Source: a virus
Reading direction: 5' to 3' (one strand)
Length of the DNA: 64,000 nt
Virus record (IMG/VR): IMGVR_UViG_3300006754_000011
Location: 10,206-74,205 of that record
Both the position numbers and the translations under genes were made by a program. This document shows, one piece after another, positions 9,802 to 20,360 of this stretch; positions within the stretch are counted from its first letter, which is position 1, and each line of letters opens with the position of its first letter. The notes under the pieces were generated by a model that worked only from the letters and a program-made list of their open reading frames with translations, was not told the origin of the DNA and made no database searches.

Positions 9802-10911
9802 ATGGCACTTACTGAAATTGATGGATCTGCTTTAGGTCCCACAGCTCAAAGAATTTTAGGAAGACGTAATTTAGTTGTTAATGGAGCTATGAATATAGCT
9901 CAACGTGCTACAACATCTACAGCTACTGGTTATCAGACAGTTGATAGATTTGCGATTCAATATGGTGGCGCAGATGAAAATCCTACACAGGCACAAGTTG
10001 ATATAACTGCTGATACAGATCCTTGGAATAAAGGGTTTAGAAAAGCTCTTAAGATTACTAATGGTGATCAAGCTAGTGGTGCCGGAGCTGCTGATTATGT
10101 AGAAATTCAATTAAAGTTAGAAGCACAAGACATAGCCAATTCTGGTTGGGAGTATACTTCAACAAGTGACTATATAACTCTTTCTTTTTGGGTAAAATCA
10201 AGCGTTGCACAAACTTTCTATGGTTACATAGACACTATAGATGGTACAGGTCAAAGATATTCCTTTTCTTTTGCTTTATCTGCTAATACTTGGACAAAAG
10301 TTATTAAGACAATCCCAGGTGCTGCTAATATCACTGTTAATAATGATAACGGTCAAGGTTTACTGATTTCATTTGTTCCTTTTTACGGTACTGATTACAC
10401 AAATAATAATACACTTGATACGTGGGCTGAAAAGGTCACTGGCAATTATTTTCCAGATCAAACATCAACATGGTGGACTACTGATAACGCAACTTTTGAA
10501 ATAACAGGAGTTCAAGTAGAAGTAGCAAACAGTGAAACAGAATTTGAACATAGATCCTATGGTGATGAATTACTCAGGTGTCAGAGGTATTATTATTGTG
10601 TTGCTAAAGGAGATAGTCAAAGTCTGGGATTAGGAATTATGTCAAGAACAATAGAAATGTACACTACAGTTTATTTCCCTGTAGTGATGAGAGCTACTCC
10701 GACATTAAGTGTTACGACAGGTACAGACTTTTATAAAATACTGAGAGACAATGCTAATGATACTTTTAACGACTTTGAGCTTGGATCTGCTACAACAAAC
10801 CTTATCGGTGAATTACTCAATGATGATGAAGTATCAGGCGCGCTGGGAGATGGGGGTTTTGTGAGAACAAATAACGCTTCATCCCATGTAGGTTTTTCAG
10901 CGGAGTTATAA
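9802..10911 (+). CDS. Tail fibre/receptor-binding protein (carbohydrate-binding-like), paralog of 27874..29046
   Basis: RNLVVNGAMNIAQR, TLSFWVKS, FEHRSYGDELLRCQRYY, terminal FSAEL. Confidence 0.75.
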   Translation: MALTEIDGSALGPTAQRILGRRNLVVNGAMNIAQRATTSTATGYQTVDRFAIQYGGADENPTQAQVDITADTDPWNKGFRKALKITNGDQASGAGAADYVEIQLKLEAQDIANSGWEYTSTSDYITLSFWVKSSVAQTFYGYIDTIDGTGQRYSFSFALSANTWTKVIKTIPGAANITVNNDNGQGLLISFVPFYGTDYTNNNTLDTWAEKVTGNYFPDQTSTWWTTDNATFEITGVQVEVANSETEFEHRSYGDELLRCQRYYYCVAKGDSQSLGLGIMSRTIEMYTTVYFPVVMRATPTLSVTTGTDFYKILRDNANDTFNDFELGSATTNLIGELLNDDEVSGALGDGGFVRTNNASSHVGFSAEL

Positions 10912-10913
10912 CT

Positions 10914-11291
10914 ATGGCATTATATAAATTAGGTAAATCATACGATGGAGAAGCTGTAAGGGTTGTGTTGAAACAGGACAACCCTAATCTAACGGTTAGC
11001 ATTCCATTCGATCCAGCAAACACATCCTATCAAGAGTACCTAGCTTGGATAGATGCAGGTAATACACCTGATCCTGCAGATAGTAATTTAGAGACTTGGG
11101 AATCTATTAGAGATAAAAGAGATCAATTATTAAAAGAATCTGATTGGACAATGACAACAGGAGCAACTATTGATCAAGCACAATGGGCTGCTTATAGAGA
11201 AAAACTTAGAGATATTCCTCAAAAGTATAGTAGTCACTCAGATGTTGTATGGCCTACACCACCTTCAACTAAAGGCCCTAATACGAAATGA
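10914..11291 (+). CDS. Tail fibre assembly chaperone-like protein
   Basis: IPFDPANTSYQEYLAW + IRDKRDQLLKESDW...WAAYREKLRDIPQ...WPTPP. Confidence 0.75.
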   Translation: MALYKLGKSYDGEAVRVVLKQDNPNLTVSIPFDPANTSYQEYLAWIDAGNTPDPADSNLETWESIRDKRDQLLKESDWTMTTGATIDQAQWAAYREKLRDIPQKYSSHSDVVWPTPPSTKGPNTK

Positions 11292-11346
11292 TTAGAGTTG
11301 TCACTTGTAAAATAAATAAAAGCAGATACTTTTTTGTTAATTAATT

Positions 11347-12753
11347 ATGGCATATATTGGAAATAACTTACAGGTTGCTTTTGAGAGTTACCAAAATATT
11401 GATGATATAAGTAGCAGTTTTGATGGTTCTACTACATCTTTTGCCTTACAAGTGGGTGGAGTTGCTCCTACTCCTTTTCCAAAATTAGAGCAAAATGTTT
11501 TAATTTCTGTAGGTGGTGTAATACAGAAGCCTGATTCTGGTGGAACTACTGGATTTAAATTTACTGGAACGAATATTGTTTTTAGTTCTGCTCCAGCAAC
11601 AAGTGAATCTTTCTTTGGTGTAATACTTGCAGGTGCTGATTATGTTAATGCAGGAACTAATTTTCCAGTAGGAGCTGTGGGTACACCCTCTGTCACCTTC
11701 AAAGATGATGAAGATACTGGTTTATACCATCCATCTGCTAATACAGTTAGTGTCACAACAGGTGGAACAGAACGTGCCACTTTTGCTTCAAACGGACGAG
11801 TTGGTATCGGAGTTACAAGTCCTAATAGAACTTTAGATATTCAGTCAGCTACAAACGATAATGGATTTTCTTTAAATTGTATAGGTACTCCTGCTAATTA
11901 TTTCTTTGATATAAGAGATGATGATTCAGTTGTTTCCCGACTTGATAATGCTGGCAACCTCGGTATTGGTGAGGGTACTCCTGATGTTAGATTGCACGTA
12001 ACTGAGACATTTAATACTGCATATACTGTTGATAATGCTACTACTGAATCAAATAATTTAGTAAAACTAGAAAATCCTAGTTCAACTGCAAACGCTTTTG
12101 CTGGAATAGCCTTCCGTACCGGTAGTGGCGCGGATATGTATTTTGGATCAATACAACAGTCTGGAAATGATGGGGACTTCTATTTTGCTAATCAGAACTC
12201 AGCTAATAAAGAACTACTAAGAATAAAATCAACTGGAGATGTAAATATAGTAGATGGAAACCTAATAATAGGAACGTCTGGTCACGGTATTGACTTTAGC
12301 GCCACTGCTGACTCTGGCGGTACAGTGGCATCGGAACTTCTTGCGGATTATGAAATTGGAACTTGGACACCTCAATTAGGTGGATCTGGTAATTCCTTTA
12401 CTTATCATGCTGATTGTGGTGGAAGTTATATCAAAGTCGGCCAATTAGTCACATTGCTAGGAGCTATAAGGCTAACTGCTAGAAGCGGCTCATCTCAGTT
12501 AACTCTCCATAATTTTCCATTTACTGTAGGAGATGTTTCAAGTGGAGACTCAAATCATGAAGGTGGTGTTGTCACACATTATACAGATAACTCTGCATCT
12601 GGTACTCATGGACCGCTAGGACATTGTACAAGTGGTTCTGGTAGCGTCTCCTTATCTCATCAACTTAGTAGTGGAAATGGTAGTGCTTTAAATGCTGACG
12701 AAATTGATACTACATTTGTTTGGCGATTTATGGTGACATATCCATCAGCCTAA
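11347..12753 (+). CDS. Tail fibre protein
   Basis: MAYIGN start, GRVGIG/GNLGIG repeats, GIDFSA...DYEIGTWTP...YIKVGQLV. Confidence 0.75.
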   Translation: MAYIGNNLQVAFESYQNIDDISSSFDGSTTSFALQVGGVAPTPFPKLEQNVLISVGGVIQKPDSGGTTGFKFTGTNIVFSSAPATSESFFGVILAGADYVNAGTNFPVGAVGTPSVTFKDDEDTGLYHPSANTVSVTTGGTERATFASNGRVGIGVTSPNRTLDIQSATNDNGFSLNCIGTPANYFFDIRDDDSVVSRLDNAGNLGIGEGTPDVRLHVTETFNTAYTVDNATTESNNLVKLENPSSTANAFAGIAFRTGSGADMYFGSIQQSGNDGDFYFANQNSANKELLRIKSTGDVNIVDGNLIIGTSGHGIDFSATADSGGTVASELLADYEIGTWTPQLGGSGNSFTYHADCGGSYIKVGQLVTLLGAIRLTARSGSSQLTLHNFPFTVGDVSSGDSNHEGGVVTHYTDNSASGTHGPLGHCTSGSGSVSLSHQLSSGNGSALNADEIDTTFVWRFMVTYPSA

Positions 12754-12817
12754 AACAGACCGTTTGCACGTCTAAAAACTACGCCATAAACCTGTTTCGT
12801 TCGGAGAACGTCCCTAA

Positions 12818-13111
12818 ATGGCAATCACAAAAACAACTGAAAACGACAAGATAGAAGTCGTTAGTAAGTGGAACATTCAAGTAAGAAAAGCAACTATCAT
12901 TAAAGAAGACGGTAAAGAACTAACTCGTACTTTTCATCGTAAGGTTTTAACACCAGGAACACTTGATGCAAGTGATAAATTAGTTGAGACAGATATCAGT
13001 GGAGAGGACAGTGATGTTCAAGCAATCTGTAATACAGCTTGGACTTCTCAAGTTAAAACAGACTTTACTGCTTTCCTAGTAGCTAATAAACCCACTCCAC
13101 CATCTAGCTAA
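12818..13111 (+). CDS. Fibre-associated small protein
   Basis: DKIEVV...IQVRKAT...FHRKVL...VQAICNTAWT family typically found after cyanophage fibres. Confidence 0.6.
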   Translation: MAITKTTENDKIEVVSKWNIQVRKATIIKEDGKELTRTFHRKVLTPGTLDASDKLVETDISGEDSDVQAICNTAWTSQVKTDFTAFLVANKPTPPSS

Positions 13112-13120
13112 TAAAAATTA

Positions 13121-13612
13121 ATGAAACCGCCTAATACGAATAACTGTTATAACTTTAGAGTTATCTCTGTTGATCGTGTTGTCGATGGCGATACCATAGA
13201 TGTAACTTTAGATTTAGGTTTTAATATTTGTAAATCTGAAAGAATTCGAGTAGCAGGAATTGATACGCCTGAAAAACGTACTCGTAATTTAGAAGAGAAA
13301 GAATTAGGTATTGATGCTACAGAATGGATTAAAGCTAAATTAGAAGGTGCAATTACTGGCGAAGAAGATTTAGTTATTAAAACTGAATTAGAAGGAGGTA
13401 TGGGTAAATATGGAAGACTTCTTGGCTGGCTTTATATAGGATATCCAAAATGTAATGCTGATTGTAATTGTGAGTGTCATCAACAAAAATCTATTAATGA
13501 ATTAATCGTTGAAGAAGGATATGCATGGGAGTATGATGGGGGCACAAAAACTAAAGACTTGGATGATTTAAGAAAGATTCGTCAATTAAAAGGTACTTTA
13601 GTTATTCCCTAA
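13121..13612 (+). CDS. Thermonuclease (SNase-like)
   Basis: RVVDGDTIDV...RVAGIDTPE...GKYGRLLG. Confidence 0.85.
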   Translation: MKPPNTNNCYNFRVISVDRVVDGDTIDVTLDLGFNICKSERIRVAGIDTPEKRTRNLEEKELGIDATEWIKAKLEGAITGEEDLVIKTELEGGMGKYGRLLGWLYIGYPKCNADCNCECHQQKSINELIVEEGYAWEYDGGTKTKDLDDLRKIRQLKGTLVIP

Positions 13613-13625
13613 TCGGAGAAATGTC

Positions 13626-13868
13626 GTGCAAAAAATTATAAATGTCATCGCAGTTTCGGCTGGTGTTGTATCTCTTGCCGTTATTGGGAGTGGTTTATAT
13701 ATATACGTACAGCGAGATAAACTCATTAATAACATCAAGTCACAAGTTATGGAAGCAGTTTCTGGATCACTTCCTTCCTTGGTTGATACAAAAATGCCTT
13801 CACTTCCTACAGCAACTGGAGGAGCTTTAATGAGTCCAGGTTTAGGTATGGGTATTCCGAAATTCTAA
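13626..13868 (+). CDS. Small membrane protein (conserved cyanophage cluster)
   Basis: N-terminal TM helix. Confidence 0.55.
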   Translation: MQKIINVIAVSAGVVSLAVIGSGLYIYVQRDKLINNIKSQVMEAVSGSLPSLVDTKMPSLPTATGGALMSPGLGMGIPKF

Positions 13869-14635
13869 TGGCTGAAATTCCTGATATTCAAATCAGGAAT
13901 GTTCATCTAAATTCAGTTCCTGATTATTTAATATATCCTCCTCATAATATTCCTGTTGCTGTACCTGTAACAGTAAAAATAGGAGTACCGATTATTGATA
14001 TGCCTGGCTGTGTTGAAGCACACGATGGCAATAGAAATTCTAGAACATTAGTTGATAATGATCCTAAAGGTTCAAGAGTATTTTGTGATGGGCATGTGCC
14101 AAGTTATCGGTCAATGGATTATGTACCTGAACAATTAGTTTATACAAAAGAAGCAGATGTTCCACCTATACAGTCTCCACCAGATGCAGGAGAAGTAGAA
14201 GCACCGAAGACTGATATTCCTGATATTCCTAAAGAAGAGGTTCCTTGTCCTGGACCTAATGCACCCCGTATAGGTGATATAGCACAGAATAAAAAAGAGA
14301 AAGTAAAAGGATTTGAATTAAATGAAGATAAAACAATTTGTATTACTTTGTATGAAGACATAGGAATAGTTCAACAATATTTACCTGCACCTCAAGTTGT
14401 AACAACTACTGCGGCAATTGCGACGGTGGCAACGACATCGGCCCTCCTAGCAAAACCTCTGGCTGATCTTCTTCTAAAGGTGGTGAAGCCTGCTGTGAAA
14501 AAGGCCATTGGAGCCATCCAAACCAAGCTCGGTCGGAAACCTCGGAAACTGACTCTTTCTGAGGTGAAATCAAATCTTTATCGAGAGAAGAGGGGTTTAC
14601 TTCCTTTGAAGGAATTGAAGAGGAAGAAGAATTAA
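13868..14635 (+). CDS. Pro-rich membrane-associated protein (conserved cyanophage cluster)
   Basis: PIIDMPGCVEAH motif, Cys pairs, C-terminal hydrophobic segment; convergent overlap with 14406..15455. Confidence 0.6.
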   Translation: MAEIPDIQIRNVHLNSVPDYLIYPPHNIPVAVPVTVKIGVPIIDMPGCVEAHDGNRNSRTLVDNDPKGSRVFCDGHVPSYRSMDYVPEQLVYTKEADVPPIQSPPDAGEVEAPKTDIPDIPKEEVPCPGPNAPRIGDIAQNKKEKVKGFELNEDKTICITLYEDIGIVQQYLPAPQVVTTTAAIATVATTSALLAKPLADLLLKVVKPAVKKAIGAIQTKLGRKPRKLTLSEVKSNLYREKRGLLPLKELKRKKN

Positions 14636-15455
14636 TTTCAGGTATTGAATGTTTATGTTGTCCTACAACTCCTGGAGGATTCACAAGAACAACATCTGAA
14701 CAAATAGCAGCATATTTAGATTTTGGATGAAACATAATTCCTGCTTTCATTAGTTCACCGCAATTTTTTAATCTTGCGATTTCAAAATCTAAGCGCTTAT
14801 TAGCAACTAATTGATTACGCATAGCAATATGAGAATCGACGCTTTGCTTACATCTATCTTGTAAACTTCCATCTAAAGGCATAGAGAAAGTAGCTGAAAT
14901 TCCCCAGTTAAAAGTAAAAGTATCTTTTTGTCCTGTTCTAGTTGGTACATAATAAAGAATTTCTCCTGGATTATTTAAGTTTCCATCATCATCAGTTGTC
15001 ATGTCGTAGACAGGCGTATCATAAAATTCTTCATTAGGAAGCTGCCAAGATTTTGTATCAGTTAAAAATGGCGTAATATTTAAAGTAGGACCCTGGCACG
15101 AGATTCCGTCCCCATAGGTATCGGTAATGTACGGTCCTTGTAATACTTGGATGGCTTGGTTGGTAACAGAGCCTGAGCTATTAGCCACAGGATTAGCAGT
15201 GGCGCTAACACCACCAACACTCTCTGCGCGTACTGGCGTGGGGAATAAAACATTCGCATTTAATAATATTAATAAAAAATATTTTACTGACTGAAGGTAC
15301 TTGTTGTATCTGTGACTGATGTTATTTCTGTCACTCTTTGAATTATTGTTTGAGTCGATAATCCTGGTTGACTTAATGTAGCAGAAAATTGCCAAGGCTG
15401 TGTTGCATCCTTTATTGAAAAGTTTGGCATTTCGTTTGCATTTAAGCTCGTCCAT
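14406..15455 (-). CDS. Secreted/outer-membrane-like protein; true start probably near 15290
   Basis: Signal-like FLLILL...PVRA, then SATANPVANSSGSVTNQAIQ...GISCQGPTL...RLDFEIARLKNCG. Confidence 0.6.
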   Translation of the reverse strand: MDELKCKRNAKLFNKGCNTALAIFCYIKSTRIIDSNNNSKSDRNNISHRYNKYLQSVKYFLLILLNANVLFPTPVRAESVGGVSATANPVANSSGSVTNQAIQVLQGPYITDTYGDGISCQGPTLNITPFLTDTKSWQLPNEEFYDTPVYDMTTDDDGNLNNPGEILYYVPTRTGQKDTFTFNWGISATFSMPLDGSLQDRCKQSVDSHIAMRNQLVANKRLDFEIARLKNCGELMKAGIMFHPKSKYAAICSDVVLVNPPGVVGQHKHSIPEINSSSSSIPSKEVNPSSLDKDLISPQKESVSEVSDRAWFGWLQWPFSQQASPPLEEDQPEVLLGGPMSLPPSQLPQ

Positions 15456-15709
15456 GTAGAAGATATTCCATTAACCGAATTAGAACTATTCGTTGCGGAC
15501 GGTACTAGACTATCTCCACTATGCTTAATATTAGTTCCTGTCACTGTATATTGCCATCCTGTTTGATAATCAATCGAATTAATTGTTTCTGTTACTTTTG
15601 AAGTCGTTTCAGTATGAGAAGTCATACTACCACTTTGAAAATTAGGAACAACAGGAACTGCATTTACAGGTGAAGCAAATAATAGTAACAACCATAAAAG
15701 TCGTTTCAT
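15284..15709 (-). CDS. Secreted beta-rich protein
   Basis: Signal peptide MKRLLWLLLLFASPVNA; VPVVPNFQSG. Confidence 0.65.
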   Translation of the reverse strand: MKRLLWLLLLFASPVNAVPVVPNFQSGSMTSHTETTSKVTETINSIDYQTGWQYTVTGTNIKHSGDSLVPSATNSSNSVNGISSTWTSLNANEMPNFSIKDATQPWQFSATLSQPGLSTQTIIQRVTEITSVTDTTSTFSQ

Positions 15710-15711
15710 TT

Positions 15712-16221
15712 CTAATCCACAGTTAGTTCACTTACAAATTGTCCAGTTGCAGTCGTACCAGCACCTCCAGCGGTAATTGTCATTACTCCTGAACTTAAAA
15801 TTGTTCCTGCAAGAGTACCTGCTACGCCACCAGATTGTGTTGTTGTTGCTCCAAATGCTGGCATATCTGCAACAACTCCAGATGTAACATCAACACCAGC
15901 TCCTATTGCTGGGACAGCATCTCCTTGAGTAAATCCTTCCGAGAATGAAAATGCAGATCCTACAGTATTTACATCATAAGTACCTGCTTTCATAGTTGCT
16001 GCTGTTGTTGCACTACCAGCTGTTAAGCCTCCAAATACATCACTATTTCCTGTTCCAACTTTTATATTTGAACCTGAAACTGTATAGGTACTTCCTATTC
16101 TTTCTGCAGCTGTTGCTGCACCGTTAACGGTTAATTGAGTGCTTGTTGATAAACGATGTACTAAATCTGCGCGAGCACTAGGCGCAACAAATAATATTAA
16201 CAGTGGTAAAAGTTTCCACAT
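15712..16221 (-). CDS. Secreted beta-rich protein
   Basis: Signal peptide ending SARA; Gly/Thr-rich. Confidence 0.65.
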   Translation of the reverse strand: MWKLLPLLILFVAPSARADLVHRLSTSTQLTVNGAATAAERIGSTYTVSGSNIKVGTGNSDVFGGLTAGSATTAATMKAGTYDVNTVGSAFSFSEGFTQGDAVPAIGAGVDVTSGVVADMPAFGATTTQSGGVAGTLAGTILSSGVMTITAGGAGTTATGQFVSELTVD

Positions 16222-16292
16222 ACTAAAAATTAATACTTACCTTTATTATAAGTTTATATGATTGTAAACTTAGAAAGTATTGCCACTATACG

Positions 16293-16754
16293 ATGGATGA
16301 AAATGTAAAAGAGACTGTAAAAGAGTCTACAAAACAATCTGAAAAGAAGAAAAGTCTTTTTGGAAAAGTAAAATCAGCACTCCTACCTGATCAAGAAGAA
16401 CAGGCTGCAATTGTCTCTACCATGGTGAGAATTGGAGTACTTGTTTGGAGTGGTGGAATTCTTACATTAAACTATGTAACGATACCTGGACTCGTACAGC
16501 AAAAAATAGATCCAACTTTCATCGCGTCGGTCTTCACTGGAGTTTTAGCCAGTTTTGGAATTCAGACAGCAAGTAAAAAAGGTGATGGAACTATGAAAAT
16601 GAATGGTGAAAGTGGACAAGTAAGTAAGAAAGATATGGAACAAATGATTGAAAAAGCTGCAGCTAATTCTTCTGTACAAACTATTAGAATTGAGCAAGCT
16701 CCTTTAGTTATTAAAGCTGAAAATCCTCAAGAGAAAGATAAATATCAAATGTAA
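16293..16754 (+). CDS. Two-TM membrane protein (conserved in cyanophages)
   Basis: VLVWSGGILTLNY...IDPTFIASVFTGVLASFG. Confidence 0.65.
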   Translation: MDENVKETVKESTKQSEKKKSLFGKVKSALLPDQEEQAAIVSTMVRIGVLVWSGGILTLNYVTIPGLVQQKIDPTFIASVFTGVLASFGIQTASKKGDGTMKMNGESGQVSKKDMEQMIEKAAANSSVQTIRIEQAPLVIKAENPQEKDKYQM

Positions 16755-17582
16755 AGCAGATCAAAGCCTAGTTTGAAGAGGATAACTGATGTAAGATTCT
16801 CATAGTTTGTCCTCTTCTTTCATGGGTCTTGATCTAGCTAATATCGGTTCTCAAGTTGATACTCAGTTATCTGATTTAACTCAGCAGATTAGAACTGCTG
16901 AAGATAGTTTAATGCGTTTAAAAGAGACTTATTTAAAAGTACAAGGAGCTAAAGAGATGCTTACTATCATTAGAGAAGAAGATAAACCAGCTGTAACCAC
17001 TCCTGAACACAGCATGGTAACTGATACAGCAGAATACATTCCAGATGGCACGGCAGACTGATGTTAACTGAATTCACTAAAGGACGTTACAAAGCTCTAG
17101 AATTACTTTCAGAGTATTTAAAAACTCCTCCACGTGAATTAAGACTCGACGCAATTTTTAGAAATATACCAGAAGAAGATCTTCGCTGGGTAACTGAACG
17201 TTTTCATTACTACGTTCTAAAATTGCTTGAAGAAGCAGAAGATAAAGTACAAAGAGAAGACTATATAAAATAGAATGATAACTTAGAGCATTCACAAAAA
17301 AAGCATTTCATCATGGCAATAGATAAAAGGATTCAGTATAGAGATGTTGTAGAAGGCTCTCCACAAGAGCGACAACTTGCTAGTGATAATTATGATGCAG
17401 GTAAAGCAAAAGAAGCAAAGACTTTTTTAGGTAATAAAGCAGAAGATATTATTCAACAGTTAAGAGACGGGCGTTTAAAAACTAATGATGCTTTTTCTGA
17501 TCGACCTAGTATGGAATTAGCTTCTAATGAAAGAAATGATAATTATCTCTAATGAATAAAGAAGAAAAATGGTTATTAAAAT

Positions 17583-18389
17583 CTAATCTGTCATCTTAAG
17601 TAAAGGCCACGATCTAAACCATTTAGTAATTATATATTTATTCCCACTGATTGGAGGTAAAGCTTCATGCAAGGTTTTATAATTTGGCCAACCATTTTTA
17701 TAAAGATTATTCCAAAAGACTGCTGTACCCTTTTTAGGTTTAATTTTTAAATTTAAATGTTTAAAATAAGTTTCTCCTCCTTCTTCAACATCATTTAAAT
17801 AAACCGTGAATGTCCATGTACGTTGACCCATCCATTCTGTATATGTTTTATATTCAGTTGTAAAGCGAGGAAAATAATCATGATGAGCTTTATAAAATTC
17901 TCCTGGTAAGTAGCGTTGAGCTTGTACCCATTCTGCGAGAAGACAGTCCAATCCCATGTAATTTGCGATTACTTCATTTAAATCTGTACCTACATCACTT
18001 AATCTGTAATCAAAACCAGATGTACTTGATGTTCTATAGTCGCTATGTACAATGTTATCGTCTTCATTTGCAACAGTAGAAGGAACTAATTCTTCACACA
18101 TTTGTTTGATTGCTATCTCACAATTTTCTTCACTAAGAAAATTATCTTGAATATAAATTTGAGTAAAAGGAAATTTAATTCTTTTTGCAGTAGATGGAAT
18201 AGCTAAATTATAAAATTTTTCATAATTAATAAATAAAGGTTTCAGATTCAAGCCTGGATCAGAAATTAATTTATTTATTTCCTTATCAGTAAGCTTATAA
18301 GCTTCTTTATATTCACGTATCAAATAAGTTTTAGTTGCTCCTGATATAGCAGCAATTAAGAAATCTTGCTTAATTGGTTCATCTATCAT
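17583..18389 (-). CDS. Prolyl 4-hydroxylase-like 2OG-Fe(II) oxygenase
   Basis: YKAHHDYF, QRTWTFTVYLNDVEEGGETYF, TLHEALP, KYIITKW. Confidence 0.9.
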   Translation of the reverse strand: MIDEPIKQDFLIAAISGATKTYLIREYKEAYKLTDKEINKLISDPGLNLKPLFINYEKFYNLAIPSTAKRIKFPFTQIYIQDNFLSEENCEIAIKQMCEELVPSTVANEDDNIVHSDYRTSSTSGFDYRLSDVGTDLNEVIANYMGLDCLLAEWVQAQRYLPGEFYKAHHDYFPRFTTEYKTYTEWMGQRTWTFTVYLNDVEEGGETYFKHLNLKIKPKKGTAVFWNNLYKNGWPNYKTLHEALPPISGNKYIITKWFRSWPLLKMTD

Positions 18390-18679
18390 TTTTTTCTGTA
18401 TCTTACTCTTAAACTATAGGAAGTAAAGAGGCAATGCAAGAATGAGCGCAGTTATCCTTACTTCTTTTATGATTTTTTATGCCATGTATCTTAGTAGCTC
18501 TTATCTATTAACACATGACTATGAAAGAGAAGAGAAGGATTTTCATTTACAAGCTTTAAAGAGGTATAAAAAAATACGAAATCAAACCTAGTGTCCACAT
18601 TGGCAGTTTTTTTATCCTTGACTTGAAATATCCTTATGGTTATTACTGTTAGGATGAGTAAATAACGACGGAAACTCAC

Positions 18680-18898
18680 TTGGCTTCCATGCTAGATCTG
18701 CCCGTTGATCAGCAATTTGCTATTCATGCAGCGGCAGTCGCAATCAAAGAACTTGATCGAGAAGAGCTAGAAGAAGCTTTTGTTGACATGCTTCACCAAA
18801 AAGCTACTGAACGTCAGATCTTTTTGAACATTTTAAAAGAACATGGTATCGATGCCGATATCAGTTTTAAATTTTTAAAAGCAAACCAGAACTCTTAA
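18680..18898 (+). CDS. nblA: NblA-like phycobilisome degradation protein
   Basis: LPVDQQFAI...LDREELEEAFVDMLHQ...ILKEHG fits the NblA two-helix pattern (LSLEQQF...). Confidence 0.55.
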   Translation: MASMLDLPVDQQFAIHAAAVAIKELDREELEEAFVDMLHQKATERQIFLNILKEHGIDADISFKFLKANQNS

Positions 18899-18902
18899 TC
18901 CA

Positions 18903-19277
18903 ATGGCAACTAGAACTATTAAAGGAACCCTAGACACTCTACAAGTGAATACTGGAAGTGAAATAACCTATAAAGGGCAGTCTTTAACAGGTAAAGGAAA
19001 ACGTGCTTTCCAAGTAAATCCAGGTGGAACAGGTAGTTTAATTGTTGATATTGATCAAAGTTCGGGTGTGTCCGAACTAGAAATTTTCCAAGAAGATGCT
19101 TATACAGGATCTGCTCGTGCTACAGGTTATCAAACCATTGCAAATATTGGAAAAGCTGGAAAAGGTAAAGGAGCTGTTGCTGTTACAGTAAGTGATGCAG
19201 CAAAGAATTATATTGTTATGCTTACTCTAAGCGGTTATTCAGAAGTTGCCTACAGCGGATCTGTCACCATCCCGTAA
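18903..19277 (+). CDS. Beta-rich hypothetical protein, possibly virion
   Basis: ORF composition. Confidence 0.45.
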   Translation: MATRTIKGTLDTLQVNTGSEITYKGQSLTGKGKRAFQVNPGGTGSLIVDIDQSSGVSELEIFQEDAYTGSARATGYQTIANIGKAGKGKGAVAVTVSDAAKNYIVMLTLSGYSEVAYSGSVTIP

Positions 19278-19974
19278 GCTCGATATTTCATATGCAAATG
19301 ATTATGCATATGATTTAATTAAATATTATGCAGTAGCCAGGACTCTTATGGGTTCTGGCCTTTATGCTTCTTATAAAGCGCATGGAGAATCTATTTGGAA
19401 GATTGGTTTTGATAGTACTGAAATAAGAAGTAAAGTAATTTCAGCACGAACTAAAGCTACTTATGAAGAAGTTGATGAACAATTAAAATTAGATCTAAAG
19501 AAATTATCATATAAAATTGCAAATTTAATTTTTTGGCCTTTGAATGCAAAAAAGAAAGCTGCAGTTTTAAGTTATGCTTTTAGTATTGGATTTCCAAAAT
19601 TTAAGAATTCTGATTTACTTGAAGTAATCAATAGAGGAGCTAAAAGAAAAGAAATTATTAAGATTTGGTCACCTTATATTAATAAAAATTGGAGACATTT
19701 AGGAGAGAATTTTTTTGATAAACGTAGATCAGAACTGAATTTATTCCTTGCTCCTGATAAAGATATTCCTACATTAGTTCCACATAAATGTAAACTTAAT
19801 CGTTGCCTCCTAAATATAGGTGATACATATAATGGCAATATAAACCAAATTAAGGCAATTAATTACTTAGAGAAAAAGCTTCTTGAATTAGATCCGTCTG
19901 GTGAGGTTCTTCGTAGGTTTTTTCGATACTGGGATCAAGTACCTGGAGGTCTGGGATCTCCACGATGTCTCTAG
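19246..19974 (+). CDS. Degenerate GH24 phage-lysozyme-like protein
   Basis: IWKIGFD, AAVLSYAFSIG, KRRSELNLF; catalytic Glu/Asp/Thr not evident. Confidence 0.6.
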   Translation: MPTADLSPSRKLDISYANDYAYDLIKYYAVARTLMGSGLYASYKAHGESIWKIGFDSTEIRSKVISARTKATYEEVDEQLKLDLKKLSYKIANLIFWPLNAKKKAAVLSYAFSIGFPKFKNSDLLEVINRGAKRKEIIKIWSPYINKNWRHLGENFFDKRRSELNLFLAPDKDIPTLVPHKCKLNRCLLNIGDTYNGNINQIKAINYLEKKLLELDPSGEVLRRFFRYWDQVPGGLGSPRCL

Positions 19975-20030
19975 TATCCTGAAGCCAATCCAGACAATTA
20001 ATAATTTTCCATTCTTCGCTATCTAGAATT

Positions 20031-20360
20031 TTATCTGCGTTCATTAAGCTCTTTCCAAATTTTTAAAAGGATTAAATAACCAATTAGATCTTGAATTACA
20101 TCCTCATCTGTTTCTAGGATATCACTTCCTTGTTTGATTCGATTTAATTTATCATCGATACGAACTAAGATCTGTTCATTGGTAGGTGCCTTACTAAATA
20201 CTCGAAGAGGTTCCAATGCAGAATTCCCGTAAGAGAGATTCTTTTCTAATAGAAGATCTCGAATATCATCACAAATCTTGGCAATTAAAAGTGCCGTCTC
20301 ATTCTTCTCATGGTTTTTCAGCACGACAAGTGAGGTGGAAGGAGCTGTTTTCTTTACCAT
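20031..20360 (-). CDS. DUF1599/nucleotide-modification-associated alpha-helical domain
   Basis: LLEKNLSYGNS...RIDDKLNRI...EDVIQDLIGYLILL. Confidence 0.7.
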   Translation of the reverse strand: MVKKTAPSTSLVVLKNHEKNETALLIAKICDDIRDLLLEKNLSYGNSALEPLRVFSKAPTNEQILVRIDDKLNRIKQGSDILETDEDVIQDLIGYLILLKIWKELNERR

